From: Squalus acanthias | Taxonomy: Eukaryota | Direction of reading: 5' to 3' | Assembly (NCBI GenBank): GCA_030390025.1 | Contig: CM059447.1 | Location: forward strand, 3,534,001 to 3,598,000 | Length of the DNA: 64,000 bases | Shown: piece by piece, positions 1 through 13,347 of the stretch | How positions within the stretch are numbered: position 1 is the first letter of the stretch | Layout of the letters: every line of letters begins with the position of its first letter | Position numbers and translations under genes: made by a program | Notes under the pieces: generated by a model | Seen by the model: only the letters and a program-made list of their open reading frames with translations | Database searches by the model: none | What the model was told of the DNA's origin: nothing

Positions 1-1218
1 CAGAGGAGCAGGTTTCCTGCCTGGCCGGACTGTCGGGTGGTGTAAACCCATGGAAAGAAAAATAATCTCTTGCTTGTATAAAGAAAAGTATAAGATGGAG
101 ACCCTGTTACCACACCACCGGTCACACAGCATTGCATCTATCTCTGTGTGAAGTGTATTGTGAGATGTTTAACTAGGCAACAGTACTCTTCAATTGAACA
201 CCGTAATGTTTTATCGTTTTTTATGCTTGGGGTTTGGGGGGAAATCATTACTTAGTTTTTTAGTTTTTATTCAGTTCATGGAAAATTGAACATTAATGGT
301 TCTTTGAAAAAAAAATTTGCAAACTCGTAGACATTCTCAGTCACAGAAATTGACTTAATTGAAGCTGATGTGCTTACTTGAAATTAGAATGCCATTCACA
401 CTTTTTTTAAAAGAACAGCCATCAGCATTAATCAAGAAACCATTGCAAGAGTCTGCCCCTTTTCCTGCTTAACATTTTACTAACATTCAAATTAGACTGT
501 TAAAATAGTGTTTCTTCTGAGCACACAATTTGACAGATTGTGAAAGTGTTTGGGTACTTTTTTCATCAGTTAAAACTGATTGTTGTAAGCCCTAATTATT
601 CGACTACATAGCATGTAACTCTAATGCTTAGTAATATGCTGCTTATAATGTACTACTGTATGCTGTTAGAAGATTGGAGACTAGTATTTTTGTCTGAAAC
701 AGTTTCATTCCAGTCATAAGTGTAATTGGAATGCAGTCGGTCTCTGGAGGAGGGAAGGGGAATCTGGCAACAAGAGTAGTTGAGAGCATTATTCAGATTA
801 GAGTGTAGCCAGCCATTCATTATTACTACACGCGTTAGTACAGTGTATCATTGTGTTTCCACAGCTGGGACTTGTTTAAATTGTCCGATTATATGATAGA
901 GTAAAGGCGTGCAGCTGTTATCCAAGTTCACAAAATAAAGTAAGGTTTTAATAATTTTAATCAAATACCATTGCGGTCCATTATTAAAAGACAAAATTTT
1001 ACATCAAAATTGTTCTGGCTTTTGTGTGTGTATTTTTTTAATGAGCTGCTGAGTGTCCATGAACCTTATTGGAGCCTTGAAGACATGGGTCATCAAGCAT
1101 GATTAGAATGTCACTATGATTATGTGATGGTGTGCTAATTGTTAAAAGAAAATTCTTTTATATAAAAAAAGAGAAGATTTTTGTCTTCAACAAGCAAAGC
1201 TTAAAATTGCTTGTTGTA

Positions 1219-1327
1219 AAAGAAAGAAAGATTTGCATTTATATATTGCCTTTCACGACCTCAAGACATCCCAAAGCGTGTTACAGCCGATGAATTACTT
1301 TTGAAGTGTGGTCACTGTTGTAATGCA
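1219..1327 (-). mobile_element. 3' tail fragment of Deu-domain SINE (SacSINE1/AmnSINE1-like)
   Basis: aaagaaagatttgcatttatat...cctttcacgacctc...cccaaagcg matches the tail of the longer copies at 11812 and 61467. Confidence 0.7.
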
Positions 1328-1479
1328 GCATTCTTAATTCTGACCTATTGATTGTCAAAATCTCTTTCAAACTTATCTGAGCATGATGAGGTACCAGTGG
1401 TGATGGGAACTGTGATTTCTTGTCCAGTTGCCTGCCTCTGGCCTACCATCGCCCCACTGTCACTCAAGTCCAAGTTAAT

Positions 1480-2170
1480 AGTTTTGTCACCTATAAACTC
1501 TCTTTCTCCCATGTCCTCCTTGCTAGCGTCCCAAACGTCACCCTCAAAGCTCAAACTTATCCAAAACTCAGCCACCAGCGTCCTATCTTGCACTAAATCC
1601 CTCTTGCCCAGGGAAGGAAACCTGCCGTGATCCCAATCCCAACCAATGTGGTTGACTCTTAACTGCCCTCTGAGGTGGCCTAGCAAGACACTCCGTTATA
1701 TTCAAACACTACAAAGAATAATTCAGCGGATCAAGTCGAAGGTCCACCACCTTCTCCGTAACTAGGGATGGACAATAAATGCCGGCGTTGCCAAAAGACG
1801 CCCACATTCCGAGAAGGAAATTAAGCTTTTTAAATACAATCACCTTGCCCCATGCTACCTGTGCAACCTCCTCCAGCCTTGTATCCCCTCCAAATGCATT
1901 TTCCTCCTTCCCCCACCATTGGTGGCAGAGTCTTAAGCTACATTGGCCCTACTATCTGGAATTCACTGCCTGAACCCATCTCTCCACTTTCTCTGCCTTC
2001 AAAACTTCTCAACCCATCTTTTCAGCCAAGATTTCAGTCACCTTTCTTAACTTTCCCACAATGACCTAATGTGCGTCCCTTTATCCCTTTTATCTAATAT
2101 ATTTATTCTTTCTGTAAAGCACTGTTTATATTTTCTACATTAAAGATGCTATATAAATGCTTCTTGCTGT
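1480..2170 (+). mobile_element. L2 LINE 3' fragment, interrupted by a SINE at about 1600-1822
   Basis: ORF pieces KLKLIQNSA and TIGGRVLSYIGPTIWNSLP; L2-type tail gctatataaatgc. Confidence 0.75.
1600..1822 (+). mobile_element. 5'-truncated SINE sharing its 3' tail with the LINE at 5203-5735
   Basis: Body gggaaggaaacctgccg...tgtggttgactcttaactgccctctg (also at about 53700); tail ctagggatggacaataaatgccggc...gacgcccacatt. Confidence 0.7.
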
Positions 2171-3074
2171 TTTTGATGTGCTGCATAGTTTCATGCCCAA
2201 TTTGAGACCTGTTGATGTGACCTGAAAGAAATGGCACAAGGTGATTTTCTTTCTGCTCTCTTATTCCTGGAGCACAGCAGGCCAAAAGATGTCTGTCTCA
2301 AAGATTCTGCCGGATCTGCTTTGAACAGACACTGGGATCTGTGCAAGAGTTGGTTGGGGGCGATTCTCCCTCCATGTGGGAAGTATATGGCTTCTGTTAA
2401 ACCCCTTCCCATGATTCTACAAATGAAATCGGTAACTTACTGTGTGGGGGAATCGTAGCTGTAAACTTGTATTGTTGCTATAGTGCTGGGAATTTCAAGG
2501 TTGTATGGTGGAGAGAAAATAAATTTAGGGAAATAGCAATGAGACATAACAAAGCCACAACTTAAATAGTGGTAGTAGTGCACTTCTATATCACTTGCTG
2601 GCAGCATATGGTTAAGGCAGAGGTGCTCTAGAAATTGTTTTCAACATCATTCTAATATTGCTGCTGTTCAAAGCCTGTTGCTAACAGGTTGCTATAAATA
2701 TGAGGGTGAGGTGGAACCAACATTTTGTGCAGTGGTTTGCATTCCACAAAATTACATTCACAGCACTAAGAGGGGGACTGGGTTTTCTATTACTCTTGCT
2801 ACTACTCTTCAAAGTGCATTGGGATATTTTTGTATGTTAAACATGCTGTATAAATTCTAAACTGGATGTAAATTTAAACTAGGGTGGGAGCCAAATTTCC
2901 CCTTAAAATGGGGGACGGCTAAAGGTACAGAATTGCATGTTTTCAAGAGATAACATTGTAGAAGAATAGAGGAATACTAAAGGCCATTCAATCCATATAT
3001 ATAGATACTCAAACTACTTTCATATGTTTCCTGACTTGGTGCCAAACTCTGTATCCCATTGGAAAGAAATACCT

Positions 3075-4450
3075 GCATGTCGAGAGTGGTGGGGTAGAGT
3101 GGTTTAGGCAGGAAATTTTAGAGCGTATGCCTAGGTGACTCGGCACAGCTGTAAATTGGTGGGGTGAATGGAGGGGGAGGGATGCTTCAGAGGAGCACAA
3201 AGTTTGGGGTGGGTGGGGGGGATGGGTTGGAATTGTAGGGCTGGAGAAGGTAACAGAAATACTGAATGGTGAGGCCATGAGGGGTTTAAACATGAGGATG
3301 AAAATTTTAAATTTAAGGAGATGGGGAACCAGGAGTCGTAGGTCAGTGAACGGGAATTGGTGTAGAATAGAATACAGGCAGCAGAATTTTGGATGAGCTG
3401 AATTTTCCAGAGAGGTGAGGATGGGAGGCCGGTAAAGAGAGCATTGAAATAGTTGAGTCTACAGATAACAACGGCATTAATGAGGGTTTCAGCGACAGAT
3501 GGGCTGAGATGGGGGCAGAGGCACAGGCAGGACATGTTGTGGAGGTTGAAGTCGGTGGTTTTTACGATGGAGAGGATATGGAATAAGTCTCCCAAGGTTG
3601 CAAACAATCTAGTTCAGTCTGAGACGGTGTTCGGGGAGGGGGATGCAATTGGTGACGAGGGTAGAGTGTTTGTGATGGGGGTCGAAGATGGGCCAAGGGC
3701 ACCATGACTTGAAGGAGCCAAGGAAAGATCCTTGGGATAGGAAGGGAATCCATTGCTGGAGATGCTGTGGCTACGATCAGATAGGTAAGAGTGGAACCAA
3801 GTGAGGGCAGTCCTACAGAACTGGACAACTCTGAAAAGAATCGTTGGTGGAAGATGGTGTGGTTGACTGTGTCAACAGGTGCAGAGAGGTTGAGGGAGGA
3901 TTATGTGCCATGGTCACAGTTACAGCGGATGTCATTTATGATCTTGGCTAGGGCTACTTCGGTGCTGTGGCAGTGGTGGAAAGCTGATCTGAGAAATTCA
4001 AACATGGAATTGCAGAAAAGATAGGCATGGATTTGGGAGGTGACAACACATTCAAGGACTTTGGAAAGGAAAGAGGTTGGCGACGAGGCAGTAGTTTAAG
4101 GACAGAAGGCTTGAGGGGGAATTTCTTTTTAAGGAGAGAGGTGGACTCTGAGAAGCAGGAACCATTTACATTGTCAGCCAACGTGGGGCTCAGCAAGGGA
4201 AGTTGGGTGAAATGGAGGGGGAGGGATTAGTGAGAATGGGCTCAAGGGAGCTGGAAATGAGTCTCCTGGACAAGAGAGGCTCAGACAGAGCATGAGGGAA
4301 GATAGAAGAGAGATGCGGGTTCAGGGCTCAGGCAAGATGAATCTAGGTGAGGTGAGGTTTGGCTTTGTGGGCAAGGGAAGCAGGAGAAACAGCAGAGGCA
4401 GCTGAATGGATGGTTTCAATCTTAATGCAGATGTCCATGAGCTCGGAGGG
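3075..4450 (-). mobile_element. L2 LINE RT and 3' region, degenerate
   Basis: Minus ORFs 3131..3607 (AETLINAVVICRLNYFNALFTGLP...IQLIQNSAA) and 3954..4196 resemble the L2 ORF2 C-terminal half. Confidence 0.8.
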
Positions 4451-4604
4451 TCCTAAGTGAAAAGAGTGGGTAGTTTCAATTAAGTTCGTAGAAGTAGATG
4501 TGAACACACAAAACAAAATTGCCTGTTGTTTGCCATTCACCAGCAGAAGTTGCTTGAGTACAATGACATCATCTTACTGTGGTACGATTCCTACGGTATC
4601 TTGC

Positions 4605-4918
4605 ACCCTCCCATGTCTTTTGATGTGTGAACCTAGATATTGATGTTGGCAGGATAGTTGAGCGTGATGGGCGGATGGGGATTTGGGCAACATGACAGCT
4701 GAGCTCTTTTTTTTTTTGTCCTGAATCATCATCAATGTGCATTTCTAGCAGTGTTTTGATAGTAATCAAAAGTGGGATCCCTAACTGAATTCCCCTCCCA
4801 CCCTGCAAGCTGGGTGTGCTGGGGTCAATTGTAGTATCTCTCCTACAGTCTCAGCTGAGATCAGATAACTCAGCAGAGACAGTGACGCACTGTATTAAAC
4901 AGTTGAGCCATCAGGGAA
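4605..4918 (-). mobile_element. AmnSINE2-like tRNA SINE, degenerate
   Basis: gtgtgaacctaga...caattgtag...gctgagatcagataactcagca...tgagccatc; the same motif order recurs in about 7 other copies in the window. Confidence 0.55.
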
Positions 4919-5202
4919 GCTGATACTTTTTGTTTTGTTTGATACACTGATGAACGTGAGCCCGTCTTGCCTTGAAGATTGGGTAATGTTAGTGGCCTAA
5001 GTGTGCTGCTCTTTTGCATTTATGCCCACACACTGAAACCAATCTGAGTCATGCACGTGCACAAATGCCAAGTTTAATTTTGCAGCCAATCTATACTAAG
5101 ACCACCTCCTCCTAAAGTGCGGACATAAACATGGGAGAGCTTTGCCATGTCCTGGCCTACGATTTAAACAAACTTAGGTGGACAAGGTGCTAGTACATGT
5201 CA

Positions 5203-5735
5203 TTTACAAGGCACAAGTCAGGAGTGTGATGGCATACTCTCCATTTGCCTGGATGAGTGCAGCTCCAACAACTCAAGAAGCTCGACACCATCCAGGACAA
5301 AGCAGCCCACTTGATTGGCACCCCATCCACCATCTTAAACATTCACTCGCTCCACCACCGGCATACCATGGCTGCAGTGTGTACCATCTACAAGATGCAC
5401 TGCAGCAACTTGCCAAGGCTTCTTCGGCAGCACCTCCCAAAACCGCGATCTCTACCACATAGAAGGACAAGGGCAGCAGGCGCATGGGAACACCATCACC
5501 TCCAAGTTCCCCTCCAAGTCACACACCATCCTGACTTGGAAGTATATCGCCGTTCCTTCATTGTCGCTGGGTCAAAATCCTGGAACTCTCTCCCTAACAA
5601 CACTGAGGGAGTACCTTCACCACACTGACTGCAGCGGTTCAAGAAGGTGGCTCACCACCACCTTCTCAAGGCCAACTAGGGATGGGCAATAAATGCTGGC
5701 ATTGCCAGCGACGCCCACATCCCATGAATGAATTA
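5203..5735 (+). mobile_element. CR1/L2-group LINE 3' end, well preserved
   Basis: YKAQVRSVMAYSPFAW / KKLDTIQDKAAHLIG...IHSLHHR / GSKSWNSLP; tail gggatgggcaataaatgctggc...cacatcccatgaatgaatt. Confidence 0.85.
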
Positions 5736-6949
5736 AAACATTTTTTTAAAGTCTAGGGAGGTGGGTGGGACAAAAAACAGCGTGCAGTGACGTCGGCATG
5801 CGCTTGCATCATGGCATTGCTGCTAGGGATCACCTTGTAGTCTGGACACTGCATTTACTGGGGTAGATAGACTAGTGGCAGCAGAGAAGACCCTGTTTAA
5901 AAGAAAATAATGGGCCTTCCTGGCCCCCAGTCTTAACTAATCCGTAGAGTTTAGCTTCTGTCTGACACCAGCTGATCGAGACTTGTGTATCGGGAGCCAA
6001 TGGCACAAGACGAGCAGCTTCATTAGACTCTGAAAACTTGTTTTTTAATGATCGTGATCTCTGTGGTTTCAGAACTGTGCCGTACAAACATAAATAATCA
6101 AATAAATGTAGTTATGTATAAGAGGGTCCAGGTTACGATGAAGCTGTTCAGTTGTGAGGCTGATCGTAACCTGCTATCATGCACCCCTTGTTCATTAATT
6201 AGTCAACCTTAGTTGTGGAGATATTTATCCTTTCTGCTAGCTGTGATGCATCCTATGTATTTGTATCCTGGATAAAGATCATGATATGAAATTGGTATTT
6301 TTCATTTCAAAATACTCCTTAAAGATCATAATCAGGTGGGTGCTGGTTCTGATCTTCAGGCGGTTTAGACATAACAAAACTTATTTATACGTTGACCCTT
6401 ATTGGTAAGACTTTAAGGAATGCGTATTATAACAGTTGTCTGCTGTTCAAAGTGTGGAAATGTTTTTCATATTTCCACATTTTGATGACATAAAACTGTT
6501 AAATTGGTATTGTACAGTCTGTCATTGTAAAATTTTTAGACCTTTTATGGTTGCTGTCTTCAGAAAGAAATCAGCGCATGCACCATTTACATTTATGTTG
6601 GTCTTTGCTCATTGTATATGGACTAAATATAGAATGCTTCCTTGACTCCACAGTCTGGACACCAAGCATGCTTACCTACACTTTACACAGCCAAATAAGA
6701 GTAAAGATCACCCTATCCTTTCCAAGGAAGGTGCCTTAACCCAACTGCTCAAGAACACCCTGTTGTAAACTATGTTCGCAATTTGATGTCCTATTCGACC
6801 TTGAGCTGAGCTTTCGATCCTGGCAGTTTGGCATTGTCGAGGATTACTAGATTAAATTGCTTACCTTCAAACTTGCTGCTAACTGTCTTGTCAATATATA
6901 TGAAACATACTGTGTCTGTCAGCAGGAGATTGTAGCACATGATATGTTA

Positions 6950-7990
6950 GACATTGCTTTTTGGAATGTTGTGGTGCTCCATATACCTCGTAGTACCTGT
7001 CAGTAGGATGCTGTACACAGCCTCATGAAAACCTGTTTATATGACTTTCCAGCAAGATGGCTTGAATATAAATTAGGTAGTTCTTTGAGCCATTCTTTTC
7101 CTGCAACTTTTGAGAAAGGCTGGCTGACTAATATATCGTTGAACCTATTTACATTATCCTCTATCCTGTATTTGTTGGTGTTTCCCCACTTTCTAAACTT
7201 TTCTTTGAGTATAGTTTGATGCACATAATGGGCAAGTGGTAAATGTGTAAGTAAACATGATCTGTTACTCTGTGCCATTTTTGTGATTTCTGTGGGAATC
7301 TGTAGTGCATCACTTTTCTCGGTGCGAATTTTACTGGACCCGGATGATGGTGTCAGTGCTCTAATTTTTGAGGACATCTCCTGCCATGAGCATACAAGCA
7401 CCAAGGTTCCCGAGCACCCTTCCTCACCTTGTAATCACCAATGTATTCCATTTTGCGTTGAAAGTATTAAAGGTAAACTTTTCCTTGGGTCATAGAAATT
7501 ACTTTTGAATATCCTAAAGCCTTCATGTTTGGGCATCATAAGACATGCACTTGATTACTTTAGTGACCTTCCAGTCAATAGTTTACTGCTATGGCTCCTA
7601 GGTGTTTGAATTCACAAAGAAAGTAATTTTTAGCTTGGTACCCTGAAATGCCAGAGAACTATTGTGACACTGTAGTCCATGATGGGATTGCTGGTTCAGT
7701 CTTTGGGCTTCTCATGACCACAACAGATTGTGAATCCATTGAATCACTTTTGTCATATTTATTTTATAATCTTGATGTGTTGCTTACAAGCCTGAATCTG
7801 GAAATTGCTGGATTGATACAAAATTCTAGTTTAATGAGATCTGTGAACGATACGGATACCTGGCCTATCCCAGCATTCATCTTTCTGGATGACATTTTAC
7901 TGTGTAAAGGAAACATGAGCGCTGCATTTAACGATTTCTGGCAGAACCATTCTCGGCTGCAGAAAACTGAACAATTGACTGAAGCAATGT
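6950..7990 (-). pseudogene. Highly decayed Ty3/Gypsy-like pol relic (RT thumb, RNase H, integrase)
   Basis: Minus-strand motifs in Gypsy order, read across frameshifts: SQLFSFLQ / WFCQKSLNAALMFPLHSK / SFTDLIK / FRLVSNTS / HHPGPVK / EITKMAQSNRSC / NVNRFNDIL...KEWLKELP. Recognised by eye only. Confidence 0.4.
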
Positions 7991-8574
7991 ATGGGTAACA
8001 AAAACTGTTCGATGAAAAGAAATAAGTGGTGTTACATGTCCTCTTCCATAATATGAATTAAGGGTGTGATGATAGAATAATGTACACCTCTTGGTGTAAA
8101 TTATAATGGGTCACTTAAGTACTATTGGTGCAAGGTTTGCGTATATGTGAGGAGGTTGATTCCAGAAGACCATGGCCTGTGAGGCTAAATATCTTATGCA
8201 AAAATCTCTGAAGATGTAGTAATTTGCAGTTGCTTCTGCACCTTTTCTCTCCCCCACTTCTTTCCATTCCAAGTTCTTTTTCTCCCCCACCCCGTCAATC
8301 ACCTGTATCCATCGCTGACTCAGATAATTGACATATAAACAAATTACTTCTAGGCCTCTGCTATACTAAGTGTCTGTTGGAAGGTGCAGGAAAATTAGTT
8401 GGCTTGCTGTTTAATCTTTATCTTTGCGTGCCTGTGGGTCAGCGTCTTGTGTCTCTGCTCAGCTTGACCATGGCAGCTCAGGTGAGATCAGAAACACAGA
8501 ATGGAGAGTTTTCAATTTGATTTCAATTCCTATAAAATTACACTTTGTAAACTTTCTATGGCACTTAAAGTACC

Positions 8575-9378
8575 TTGGCAGATGGAGTACAATGTGGGAA
8601 AATGTGAGGTTATCCACTTTGGAAGGAAGAATGAAGAAGCAAATTATTATTTAAATGGAGTGAGACTACAAAATGCTGCGGTACAAAGGGATCTGGGGGT
8701 CCTAGTACATGAAACACAAAAAGTTAGCATGCAGGTACAGCAAGTAATTAGGAAGGCTAATGGAATGATGGCCTTTATTGCAAGGGGTATGGCGTATAAA
8801 AGTTAGGAAGTTTTGATGCAACTTTACAGGGCGCTGGAGAGACCGCACCTGGAGTACTGCGTACAGTTTTGGTCTCCATATTTAAGGAAGGATATACTTG
8901 CATTGGAGGCAGTGCAGAGAAGGTTCACTAGGTTGATTCCTGGGATAAAGGGGTTGACATATGACGAAAGGTTGAGCAGGTTTGACCTATACTCATTGGA
9001 GTTTAGAAGAATGAGAGGTGATCTTATTGAAACATATAAGATTCTGAGGGGGATTGACAGGGTGGATGCTGAGAGGATGTTTCCCCTAGTGGAGGTATCT
9101 AGAACTAGGGGGCATAGTTTCAGAATAAGGGGTCGCCCATTTAAGACAGAGATGAGGAGGAATTTCTTCTGAGGGTCATGAATCTTTGGAATTCTCTACC
9201 CCAGAGAGCTGTGGAGGCGGAGTCATTGAATATATTCAAGGCGGAGATTGACAGACATTTGAACTACAAAGGAGTCAAGGGGTATGGGGAGAGAGCGGGA
9301 AAGTGGTGTTGAGGCCAAGATTGGATCAGCCATGAGGGGCCGATTGGCCTACTCCTGCTCCTGTTTCTTATGTTCTTA
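8575..9378 (+). mobile_element. CR1 LINE 3' end
   Basis: WQMEYNVGKCEVIHFG...RPHLEYCVQFWSPYLRKD...RGDLIETYKI; tail ggcctactcctgctcctgtttcttatgttctt. Confidence 0.95.
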
Positions 9379-9379
9379 A

Positions 9380-9490
9380 ATCAGGGCTATGGGGAAAGAG
9401 CAGGGGAGTGGGACTAATTGGATAGTTCTTTCAAAGAGCCAGCACAGGCGTGATGGGCCAAATGGCGCCTCTCTGTGCTGTATGATTCTA
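9380..9490 (+). mobile_element. 3' UTR tail of a second CR1 subfamily
   Basis: cagggctatggggaaagagcaggggagtgggactaattgg...tgtgctgtatgattcta; same tail type at 40925-41065. Confidence 0.7.
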
Positions 9491-11811
9491 CGCAAGGGCT
9501 GCTTTTTTGTGCAACAGAATAGTCATGGCTCTTTGCAAAATGCTGTAAGGGTTAATAGTACAATACTACACTGCAGACGGTTGTTAAATAACTGAACAAT
9601 ATCAAATGTTGCAAAATAAGCCATGGCATTTTCTCTGACTTTTCAGAATCTGTGTGCATATTCATGTAATGATGTCGTAATATATGAAAGGCTTGGATAC
9701 GTGCCTAATAACACTAAAAATAGTACACAAACAGTGGGGGAGTCAGTTCGAGCAGCAGCCAAGGAACGCAGACCGTCGCATGTGTTCTGCATAAGTTGAT
9801 GCAGAAAACTCATTTGTTTGAATGAGTACCTTTTCTATTAATGGATTGAATATTTAATTTTCTGAGTGGGGAGGGGGTTAGAATTTTGATCATTATGTCA
9901 CACCTTAACGAAGAACAGACTGGAGATTAATGTGTTGCTCAAAAATGTCCTGAGGGAATTATGACTTAAGCTGTGTGGTTCCCGTCTTCCCTTTTTTTCC
10001 AGATGAAATTTTTTATTGGGTAGATTAGACTGTAAGGTTGGCACTTTTTCTTTCTTGTAGCATTTCCTCTAAGTTGCTGGCTCACACATGTGATTTGCAA
10101 AGGGCTGGTTACACTTCAGTTAAAACCATTTAAAAAGGGCACCATGAAAAGATGGAGCAGTCTTGGCTGTTTTGAGTCCGATGCTGCAGTGATAAATAGT
10201 TTGTGAATATGTTGTGCCAGATTCATGTATTTTAAGTAGTAAGAATGAAAACAATTGCACAAACCAGGATTTCCTAATGAAATCTGGTCTCTTCTAGGCA
10301 TTTACATCCATATTATTTACTACTTCAGTGGTTGGTTAAGATTTTGCAACATTTATCCCCTCTCCAGTGCTGCTGCTTGTTTGACCTGGTTGAAAGTGCA
10401 CCTAAGCGTTGCGGATAAGGATCGCTATGCAAAGCAGTTTACCCATCGGCTCATGCCTGGTGGAGACTATTGGAGCTTCAGGTGAATATCAGTCAAAATT
10501 GGAATTAGACCCCTCGTCTCCAAGTTCAATGTTGGAAAGCAGCCACTACACCAACTTGAATTTGAGTGCTAAAGTTCAGGAATAAATGAATCAGTGAAAT
10601 TGGCAACTTAAACATTGAGCTTGTGTGTTGCATAGTAAGCATGCCTACATAAAGTTAATACGGTTACATTTAAAACCACATCATTGGCATGAACTGGTAC
10701 CAGAAATAACATCACTAAGATTGTTTTCAATAGTAGCATGCAAACAATTAATACGTAAAAACAAACTATTATGGTTTGTTTATTAATCATTTGAGAACTA
10801 CAGCGAAATAGCTTGCACCAGAATTAATTTCTCACAGATTTCAAGTTTTATAAGAAAGATACTCTGAATTGTACCTTTCAGAAATCATTCATGATTCTTT
10901 ACATTGACTTTTAAAATAGGGAGCAATGCAATAGACTCTTTCTCCGAGACAGTCTACCAATATGGGACGGTACCCACTTGATTATTTTCTTTCTGTATAA
11001 AACTGTCTTTCCTGAATGGGGCACATCAGTTATAAATCATTGCTTGAGTGGGTCAGTATAGTCCTGTTGATCCAAATAAAGCACCTGCAGTTAAAATAGA
11101 CCTGCAAATTGCAAATATTATTTTGCTGATAGTTTCAAACATTTTTATTTGAGGATTGCTTCAAGTAGCACCCCTGCAACTGTTGTTTTGTACCCAATTT
11201 ATTGTTGCAAGCAGCGGCTAAATGAATGCATGATTCAACTCCTATTTGCCGCCATTGTTTTTGTAAATGTTAAAAAGCCTGCTTAAGATGTAACCTACCT
11301 TTTTTTGTGGGTTTCCAACAGTTGGGGATGCCAGATACAACGTCCACTGTGTTTTGTTCTCCCACCATAGCACAATGGTGGCAAAAGTAGTGTCATTGAC
11401 GGCAGAAAAAATATCAAGAGGATATTGGGCTGGTGACCATGTGTTTTGGTTGCTGATTACAGCTCCTCCCTGCCCCTGAACATTTTTTTAAAAAGTCATT
11501 CAGAGAGTTATAAAACTATGAATGCAGAGACCACTTTCAAAAGCTGCAGTATGGTATGATGCAGTGTAGGGTGAGATGTATCCAAGTTTTGAATCCTTGT
11601 GTTATAAAAATGTATGGTTTGAAACCTGGTGTCCAATGCACACCTTAATAATGATGAGTCAGTACAGTTATTGATATGGCTAAAGTATTGTCAATAGACA
11701 ATACAATACTGTAGTTTTGAGAAGTGTGGTGCATCATTCTTTGAGTTCCAATGTACTGTTCCATGGTGTGGTAAGATTTAGCATTTTGGACACGTTGTAA
11801 CCCACACTGTG

Positions 11812-12156
11812 AAAAGAAAGAAAGACTTGCATTTTTATAGCGCCTTTCATGACCACCGTCCCGTCCCAAAGTGCTTTACAGCCAATTAAGTACTTTTTAA
11901 AAATGTAGTCACTGTTGTAATGTAGGAAACGTGGCAGCCAATTTGCGCACAGCAAGCTCCCACAAACAGCAATGTGATAATGACCAGCTAATCTGTTTTA
12001 GTGATGTTGGTTGAGGGATAAATATTGGCTACGACACCAGGGATAGCTCCCCTGCTCTCTTCAAAATAGTGCCATAGGATCTTTTACGTTCACCTGAGTG
12101 AGCAGACGGGGCCTCGGTTTAACGTCTCAGCTGAAAGACAGCACCTCCGACAGTGC
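11812..12156 (-). mobile_element. Deu-domain SINE (SacSINE1/AmnSINE1 family), 5'-truncated
   Basis: Reverse complement of gcactgtcggaggtgctgtctttc...gttaaaccgaggccccgtc...gtaaaagatcctatggcactattt...aaattggctgcc, plus L2-type tail and (tttc)n. Confidence 0.85.
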
Positions 12157-13347
12157 TCTCCACCTCAGCTGCAGAAGGCATCTACCAAAAGCCAGGTTCA
12201 CCTGGTGCGTGATAATCAGAGGGAGAATGTTTTTTCCCAATTCCTCCCTTTTGGGCTATCAATGAAAGCCACCTTGTAGCCATATTGAGATAAGCATGAT
12301 TGTCAGATACCTAAGGGTTCATCATACCCAGGAGGTGGTGAATTGTGAGAGAGAGAGAGTAGAAACATTACTGGGCAAAAACTTTTTTTTTTTAAATTTA
12401 TGTAATGGCGTAGATTTACAATGATTTCTAGGAGAAGGCGGTGGTCAGAATAGTTGTTGGGCATTAAAAATTGCGTTGCAAGCTTAAAAGGAACTTTTTT
12501 CTTTTGCTGATTTTTTTTTTAACAATCAAAATGTGGAGAAAGGAATTGGAGTTCAACTTGGTGGGAAGGAAAGAGAATGGAATTTACAGCCCAGCATGTA
12601 AAGAATTTGATTGTAGCATAAAGTGCGACAGCTGCCTTTCATATTGAGTTTGTTGGAGTTTACAGAAATGTGGGTTTATTGCCTTTTGAGAACCTGAGTT
12701 GATGCATTGCCATTTGCGCAAATGGTTTGTTATTACTGTGAGCTGTTTTAGTATTTGCTGTAAAATATTGTACTTATTCAGTGTTTTTAAAGATGAGGGT
12801 AAACTGTACATAGTTATTTGCTGGTAGAGTGTATTGACTTTTCCAATGCAAGAATTAAAACTAATGTTTTCTTGCTGCATTAGCCAGGGCAGGCATATAA
12901 TCAGTTGACCAACTCTTACAACAGTTAGTGTGTTACCACTTTTTTTAAAAAGCTTCCAAAAAATTGCTTAGAGGAAAAAAAATGAGTTTGACTTGAAATT
13001 GTGGCATCAAAGTGAAATCTATTTTGCAAATATAAACTTGAAAGAAAGAACGTTCATGAATATAGTACCATATCACGTCCTTCGGCCATCAATATAACAG
13101 TGACTACACTTCGAAAGCAACGAATTAATTTTTGAAGTGTTATGTTAATGTACTATAAGCAGCCATGGGGTGAGAGAAACAAATGGGATATGCAGCTTAA
13201 ATTGTACGCTATGAGTTATTATATGGTAGTATGTGCAGTGTTTTCTTTGCTATAAAGTCACAACAAACGGTAAAATCTATATGTATTTCTTGTTTAATTT
13301 TCACAACTGTAAATGGGTTAAGTCATGAGGATGTTGCCTCTTTAGAG

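Noticed and set aside
5770-5830. Alternative promoter (tgacgtc, gcatgcgc motifs)
   Set aside because: Two short motifs next to a LINE tail, with no CpG island or downstream exon evidence.
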